This document shows, in pieces, positions 56,400 through 64,000 of a DNA stretch of 64,000 bases. Both the position numbers and the translations under genes were made by a program. This DNA comes from Octopus bimaculoides. Lineage: Eukaryota. Numbering within the stretch: position 1 is the first letter of the stretch; every line of letters begins with the position of its first letter. The stretch covers positions 11,610,884 through 11,674,883 of the forward strand of contig NC_068984.1 of assembly GCF_001194135.2 (NCBI RefSeq), in the 5' to 3' direction. The notes under the pieces were generated by a model. That model was given only the letters and a program-made list of their open reading frames with translations, did no database searches and was not told the origin of the DNA.

Positions 56400-58012
56400 T
56401 TTAAGACGGAGTCAGTGTGCAAGAAGGCGAAGCTTTCAAGAATTTTTTCACAATGAACGAAATAATATATTTATGAATGTATAAACAACTAAGATTTTCA
56501 GTAGCCTTGCTTTCCTTTTCTGTCACTAACTGATTCTATAAATTCTATTGTCACTTTGCATTAAATATACACATTCAAAAAAAGTTTTGTCTTGAACATT
56601 TCCTAAAAATAATGAAGAATAAGATTAAATTAAAAATCCTCCAACTTTCAGAAAACCCCCCAAAACAAATTGCATTTCTTTTACTATAGCTATATTATGA
56701 AACGGGAAGAGGAGCAAAAATGTAAAAGAATTAAATTTTTTGAACAAAAATTCTTTCAAAGAAAGAAACAAACATCCAGTTCCTTGTCCTTTTTCATGAG
56801 GAAGTGATGGTTATTCCGAAAGTTCGCTCATCAAAGATTACAATTGTCTCGTGAGTAAAAATTTATCAAAATAAAAGAGTGGAGTGCAAGGGTGGGGATT
56901 TTACAAATATAAGGAAAACTATTCAAAGAAATTTATAAATGAAACTACATCGAAAAAGAATCAGATTAAGATCCTGTTATATTTAATTATGTGGTTGCAC
57001 AAATAAATTGTGAAAATAAGCATTTAAAAAAAGAGGCGATGCCGACTCACTTCAGATTCTTGCAACACTTTTAACTTCATGCAAAATTGACTATGCTATG
57101 TGTTGTTGACACAGCTTGTGTCAAACTGAACATAGCCTTGCCCACTGAGAGATATTGACTGTTACAGCGAAAATGAGAACGGCAATCAGCATCAGACACT
57201 ATCACCTAGCTACAGAGAACGTGTTACGTTGTTGTTCATTTAGGTAGACATTTTTACACAATGGGGTTACTGTCTGTTCTTAATCTATTTCACATTTTCT
57301 CAACTATTTATAAACACAGTCTACCGTCACCCAAATTGGTGTTCACGTTAACTGTATAATGCGTAGCATGCCTGTTTGTTCTTTACGCATAGTAACATCA
57401 CTGGTATTATACATTGGATCAAATCATTCAACTGTCTCCACTTCTTTATAAAGGAAACATACATTTATCTCAAGCCAACGAGACAACATCGACGTAGTCG
57501 CTCAATCTGTTAGAAATAGCAATCAAATCTCCTTCCAAATCATTGCCTTTGAGAAAAAAGTGTTATATTAAATGTAATTCTAGAAAAAGATGGGTGGAAT
57601 GATGAGAATATTGCTTTTAATCATAGGCCTTTTCGATCAAAATTGACATGGCTTTACATAACTATTTCTAATTGCAGCATAAGGATAGCTGTTTTAAGAG
57701 GAGTGGGTTTGTCATTACCATCAACTCCATTAGCTGGTACTTCATTTAATCGATTCCGTGCGAATAAAAGACCAACTTGACCTCGGCTGCATCTGAAATA
57801 ACATAAAGAGCAGGAAACAATAAACACTCATTGAGTGTATTAAGTATCATTTCTGTGATGAGGTGGTTGATAATTTCTTCCCGTATTGAGTTCAAGACAA
57901 AGGGTTGTCACAAGTGTTTTCTTATTGTAACTTTAAAGAAAAAAATTATTTCTAAACGTTGTGGCAAGTTCTATTAATTCAACTTCGTGTTTACTTCAAA
58001 AATTTAGTTATT

Positions 58013-59129
58013 TGTAGGTTTGAATGAGGCGGGCATTCAATTACAAATGATAACGAAGCTGCTAACATCTAGCCTTCGGCTGCCTTGGACCCTTCTGTCC
58101 ACCATCCTCATTGGTTCTTATTTGCGCGGCAATTGTCCCCATGTTCTGCTTGTTAAGGGTGCACTACGCCCAATCGTGGCCTTCAGATAAGGTCACGTGA
58201 GAGAGAGTTTTTCTGGGTTTCCGGTGAGCCCTATTTCAGCTATAAATAAGCCCGATCCAACGACGCCAGTCGTCTTCGATTTCAGATCTCTCACAGGTCT
58301 GGTCGCTGACCACACTTACAGAACACAGCTACAGCCAGTTCCAGCGTCGACATCTTCACCAACAATGTCGTGCGCCAGCAACCCCACCACCAGGGACACA
58401 CCAATATCAACAAACAAGGTTTTATCTCAACGCTGTATGAGTGGAGTATTTCCACCACGAACAGCAGTCAGAACTAACCAGCTAGAATATACTATACCTG
58501 GTAACAGGTCGTAGCATCGACGCTCAACACACATAGTGTGATACCACAGCTCTGCTCCTTGGCCACAACTTCCAGCATATGAACATTCTATCTCCTTGTG
58601 TAACTTTTACACGAACTGATTTTCTCTATCTCAGTGTTTAAGACTTTTTACAGACACTCTTTCTATGTTCTGTGTTCCTCTCATTCACACGCACACTTGT
58701 ACACTCACATATTGTACACACACTATTGCTTATACGACTGTCCGTTACTTCACATTGTTGTATACACTCTCTTGTACACGAAGGCCTGACTTATCTACTG
58801 TGTTAATTTTATATGTCGCATGCACGCACACACAGACACAAACAGTTTCACTATGTTAATAAACTTACTCTAATTTTATATCTATCGGTTGTCTGTTCTA
58901 ATCTGTTCTCTTACTGGCACTATGGCTCGTATCTCTTACGACGAGCCTTCTACGTCATATATCTTGTTTTTGTGTTCAACCGTGCCTTTACCGTCTACGT
59001 CGCCATCTCCTTTGGTTCGCTCGGTCGAAGTATTACAAATTCATATAAAACAAAGTTTGCGTTGAAGACTTAGTGCTATAAATACGTTCTTGAAATAAAT
59101 TTCTTTTGGGTCAGATATTTAATATTTCA
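58013..59129 (+). mobile_element. Possible solo LTR or LTR-like promoter island
   Basis: CpG-rich 1.1-kb island starting TGT and possibly ending TCA; CCAAT boxes, GTCACGTGA E-box, TATAAA at 58241, Inr-like CCAGTC about 25 nt downstream, later AATAAA. No convincing TSD. Confidence 0.3.
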
Positions 59130-59975
59130 TATAAGGAGAAAAAATGTAGGTGGTATGAAAGAAAGGGAAACAATATAGGTTGTCAATGTAACTTGGCGGA
59201 ATAGAGATACGGTAAATCGATATCTCGTTCGGCTAAAACTTGTTTCGTATTAAGATTAGTTGAACAAAAGTAAACAATGATAGAGAGAGAGAGATATTTC
59301 AGTTCCGTTTATACAGCCAGTGCATGCTTCAGTGGTACTACTCGCTCATTCGACCAATAAAGTGGCGAAAAAAGATGAACGACCACTTAGCTGCATAAGA
59401 GTTGCCATAGATGCAACGTTTTTCGATGTCTAATTTAAACAGATTTAGAAAGCCTCCACTAATAGCATGTTCTATCAGTTACGTTCTATGTATTAACCAC
59501 TATACAATGATTTTACTTAATAATATATAAATTTGTGGAATCATATTCACGTGTGTTTAGTCTGGCTGTAAAATTAGGCCCCCACAATGCTATTTTTAAG
59601 TAACTTGGGATGAGCGTTGAAGACCCAGTTTCATTGTTATTTAATAACTCACCATGACTCATTTACCACTTCTTTTCATAATGCCTAGCGCTAGCTACAA
59701 AAGGATACTTATTAAAATCTAAACAAATCTGTGCCAGGCACAGTTCATATACATTTTGTTTCAGATCTGTCGGCTCTGGATTTACCGTTGTGTAATAGTA
59801 ATGCAGGATTTACCATTGTGTAAATGATGCAGGTAAGCAAGGGCTCCCCCCCGCCTCAAGGGTTCCCAAAATGAATCTAAACAAGACATGCGCGCACACC
59901 ACACACAAGTATGCACATAAAATTTGAATATTTATAATAATAAAATAGGAGGGTGCGTCGCCTAGTGGTTAGGGT

Positions 59976-60511
59976 TAGTGGTGTAGCTAATAACAGTGGA
60001 AGGAGAGCGATAGAAGCCCCATACGTGCACATTTTTCAAATTTGGCACCTTTTCAACAATTTTTAATAAACACGTTAGTTACCTAAATCAGTAGTTGTAA
60101 GTTTCATATATAATGACATTGTTACCGAAACATCAAATTAATGAATGTTGAATACAATTACGTATATGATAACTAATGGTTAGGGTATTCAGCGTGAGGT
60201 CGTGAGTTCGATTTATCTCACGTTGCTCCGGTCCACTCAAAATGGCCAGCCTTGTCATACTGTGTGTCACACTGAATTTCCTTGTGAACTACGCTGAGTA
60301 CGCGTGTCTATGGAATGCTCAGCCACTTACACGTTAATTTCACGAGCAGGCTGTTCTGTTGATCGGATTAGCTGGAACTCTCAACATCGTAACTGACGGA
60401 ATATCAGTTATAAGAGAAATGAGTTAAAAATTATTTGGTATGCGTCACAACGCCTTTTGTGCGTGTGTCCGTGTCCGCTCCCAATAACTTTAGAACCTGG
60501 CTACGCCTCTG
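59976..60511. mobile_element. hAT-type MITE inserted in a SINE head and itself carrying a SINE
   Basis: Termini TAGTGGTGTAGCT / GGCTACGCCTCTG; 8-bp flanking duplication GTTAGGGT (59968-59975) / GTAAGGAT (60512-60519). Related decayed MITEs near 39130-39296 and 45627-45735. Confidence 0.65.
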
Positions 60512-62740
60512 GTAAGGATGATGCTCTCACGGTCATGCGATCATTGATTTGATTCCTAGACCGGGCGGTGCTGAATAAAAACACTTCATCGTAGCGATCA
60601 TTTCGACATCTGACCTGTGGTACATCATGCACCTGTGAAGGCAATGATGATTCCATGGAAGGAATGAGCTAATGTGCGGCACAAGCACTTAATCCCGGCA
60701 AATAAAGTATCTGTGAAGGTTGTTCAGCAGGAAATTGCTCAACCGTCTTTTCCGGACAATTTCCGAAAGTGTTAACCAACAACCAATGGCAAGCAAAATA
60801 ATTCCTTTAAAGCGGATTGAATATATACAGTAAATGATCGAATTATCGACCACCCACCTGATGAAAAGTAAAATGGAGGAAAAGCAATATTTATCTAAAT
60901 GAGATTTGATCGCAGCAACGTGAAACTTCTTGACTATTTTCTACGCTAAACATACTCATCAGTCTGAACAGATATAATAATAGTAATACACATTCCTCAA
61001 CACTTAGCTGCCATCTGTTTTGGTTAGAAAAATGGTATTTTCAGAGATACTGTCAATCTGCGCATCGAGATTACCCCAGAAAATTAATCGCTTCTTCGTT
61101 CTGTTTTTTTTTGTTCAAATGTTTCAACAGGCATGAAACAACTAACGCCAATTGCCAATTGGTTCAGGTAGAGGGTGGAGGTATGTGGTTTAGTAGGTTA
61201 AGGTGTTTTCGATTCCTGGACCGGGCGATGCGTTGTGTTCTTGGGCAAAACACTTCATTCCACGTTGTTTAACCACTCAGCTGACAAAAATGAGTATTCC
61301 TGCGACGGACCGACGTCCCCTCTAGAGGGGAATATATGCACTGCAGAAACCGGAAAAGCGGCCATATAAATCTATATCACTCAAGAAGAAGCTTTGTTAT
61401 CTGGGGGGCGGGGTCAAGGCTAGCGTCAATAAAATAAGCAACAGTCAAGTATGTGGTAGATTAAATCGACTGTTCTTAAAAGCGAACGTTTTTGGTTTTG
61501 TGATAGCGATAGAACAAATAAATGTTTTTTACTTACACATGTTAAAAAGAAGGAAAGAAAGAAAGAAAGAGTTAGCTACACCGCTACACCTTGAAAATAT
61601 TCAAGATTAATGAATAGTTTCTGAGAATTATCTAGCATTCACAGACATTTGGAATTGTCATTTTCTGGAATGTTTCTAATTCTATCGTGGTACGTATACT
61701 GAATCTATACGAAAGTAGTTGTTTAACATTCCATTTGTTCTAGTTGCAAATGAAATGATACACGCATTTTATGAAAACTGTCACAATATTTTCTTCAAGA
61801 GCTACACTCGTAATTTCTTAGTCTCTCAACACATCAACGTCACTTGGTACTGATAAGTCAGTTAACAAAATACGGTCAGTTTTTTCTTTTATCAGGTTTA
61901 ATGATATCAAATTCATTGAGTGGTGATGGTAGTGGTTGGTGGTTCGAATGTATGCTTAAGTTCCACTGGATATTTGAATTTCCATTTATTTTCTGGTAAG
62001 TGTTTTGTTTCATATTTGTACACTGCCATAATTATAGACAAACCTAACCCAACTACGATGAAATAGTAGTAACGACTGAACGAAAGACAAAACTCTCTTA
62101 CAGAATATAGTCACGTCTCTTTACGTTCCCAGTTGAAATCTCATCAAAGTTAAATTTGCTTTCATCCACCCAAGACCGTATCCGATTCAATTGATTTTAA
62201 ACTTCCCCTATGCATAACTAAGAGAATGTTGTGGTTGGTAGTTTGTGTACTTGATGTTGGTGGAAAACGAAAATATTTTTCTAGGGTTGCGTGTAAAAAT
62301 TATCAACATCACTCATGAACTTTTAACAGAATCTTTATTTACTGCTTATAATGTTTTCTGTGTTGGTCTTTGGATGAAAAATAACAACGACAATTTCACA
62401 CCAAGAGAGACACATACTGCGATCTAGGGCAATCTCACTCATATATATATATAGCAATCTGTGACTGGCCCATTATAACTGGAAAATAATCAGACTATAT
62501 TCATGACGACAAAATCTGTCTTATAAACTCTCATGAGAATGGAAACGTCAAGCGCCTGCCTCAATATTCTGGAGTTACTGCCAAAATACCATCTTTATAT
62601 AGGATTCAATGAGTAAGTTTTAGAAAGTCGAATCACGCGATGACTTGATGCTCGTTAGTCAGTTAATCGACCGAGCACGTGAAATGACCATGGCTTAGCC
62701 GTGATGCTTACTCTACAATTCGATTTCGAATGTGCTACAA

Positions 62741-62764
<24 letters not shown>

Positions 62765-62774
<10 letters not shown>

Positions 62775-63076
62775 GAGTGAGAGAGCAGCGCATGCCATCA
62801 AAGTAACACTGGAGTATGAATATACGAAGCCCAATATACCCACCATGACTACCCGTCTGATAAGGGTACACCAGGCACATACATCACAACCATATGAGTG
62901 TGATATGGTGATCTTATATCAAGATAAACAGTACATGACCTTGCAGGTGGGGCCCATTTAGAATTTTCTTCAGTTGAGTTGCCCATCCCGCTCAAAGGGT
63001 CCCTGAATAAGGTTTGTTTAAGAATAATGAACAAAACACCTATGTTTCCAGAGGTGAATTATTCAAACCCCAAAGA

Positions 63077-63085
<9 letters not shown>
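62765..63085. repeat. Unclassified interspersed element bounded by (ATT)n on both sides
   Basis: GC-richer 320-bp segment between (ATT)n arrays at about 62750 and 63085, directly next to the Dong-like tail. Confidence 0.45.
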
Positions 63086-63121
<36 letters not shown>

Positions 63122-63124
63122 CAT

Positions 63125-63700
63125 CATTGCCTTTTACACAGCTTCTAACACTGGAGATGTACTACGGGGCCAGCTGTTCACTACCAGTGAATTAAGGTAA
63201 CACCCCTTAATTTTCGAGCATCTTCCGGAGTATTCGAGCGGTTCCAAGCAGTGCTGATTTCTGCAAGTGCTCCACCCTTATTCGTTCCATGTTCCCAGGG
63301 CTCCGACAAATATTGATACTACTACCATCTTTTTCATCGACCACAACTGCTTAACTTCCCAAGCTAACTTGTCATTCCTATCGACTTTTCTTTTTTCCTT
63401 ATCGCACACCTTGTTGTCAGCTGGGCATGTTATATCTATGATCCTGCATCATTTGCTTTCTTTTTCAATTAACGCTATGTCTGGTGTCTGGTTTTCTATT
63501 CTCTATCTTATGGTCACACTGAATCATAAAATCCCACAGGATCTTTGCATTATCATTTTCGATGATGCCTTCGGGTTTATATTCATACCACTTTTTTGCT
63601 GTCAAGTCCATACTTGTTACAAGGTGTCCAATGGACAATCCTTGCTTTATTGTCATGGCGTCTCTTATATTCTTTCTGAGCTAGTGGCGTACATTGACTG
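63125..63700 (-). mobile_element. 5'-truncated R4/Dong-like retrotransposon 3' end ending in (TAA)n
   Basis: With frameshifts: SQCTPLAQKEYKRRHDNKARIVHW...KKWYEYKPEGIIENDNAKILWDFMIQCDHKIENRKPD...IIDITCPADN...VGALG (RLE PD..D motif). Confidence 0.82.
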
Positions 63701-64000
63701 GTAATCTTAATATATAAATCTGAAGTTGTGTGTTTGTGTGAAGCTTTTTTGAATGTTTATAGAAATCCACATTTTCCACTTTTTCGTAAAATTTTTTACA
63801 TCAATGGAATTTTCTCGATCTGAACTTTCCAGTGCAGTAATTAGATTTTAAAAATTCCGTTTACTTTGTGTGATTTAAGGGAGATTTGGCTGTTGTTTCT
63901 AGCAACTTTTATATTTCATCTCTTCTACCTGGAACGCCATTCTTACACACGCGCTCAACATAAAAATATAGAGAGTAAGAGTTAAAGAGGGAGAGGGAGA

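Noticed and set aside
57050-57200. Short hydrophobic ORF MLIAVLIFAVTVNISQWARLCSV* near a GTGAGT donor-like site
   Set aside because: Stops after 23 codons, before the donor; no supporting exons.

Overview
Eukaryotic, AT-rich genomic DNA dense in microsatellites and SINEs, with 10 N-gaps. The repeat families suggest an octopus (coleoid cephalopod) short-read assembly; this is inference. One protein-coding gene is secure: glycogen phosphorylase on the minus strand. Its ATG is at 33809 and 13 coding exons were traced by GT-AG sites and reading phase down to 1300, about 610 codons if the 52 nt missing from exon 9 lie in gap 7260-7378. The C-terminal exons, including the PLP lysine, lie left of the window. 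The rest is mainly transposon debris: tRNA-derived SINEs, RTE-tailed SINE/LINE ends, mariner, hAT MITEs, Helentron-like elements, a decayed CR1-like LINE, two R4/Dong-like fragments and a Penelope-type end. Most ORFs in the supplied track are gap or microsatellite artefacts. Best leads: (1) a duplicated 28S rRNA fragment centred on the R2 target site in intron 1; (2) clustered genomic A's in phosphorylase that A-to-I editing would convert back to conserved residues; (3) Thr at the phosphorylase-kinase Ser14 site; (4) two pri-miRNA-like hairpins; (5) a minimal hammerhead ribozyme motif; (6) an 84-bp apparent target-site duplication; (7) a CpG-depleted 36-55.7 kb block with an ETS/NRF1 motif at its edge, which may hide an unrecognised transcription unit. 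No database search or folding program was run; all comparisons to known sequences are from memory.
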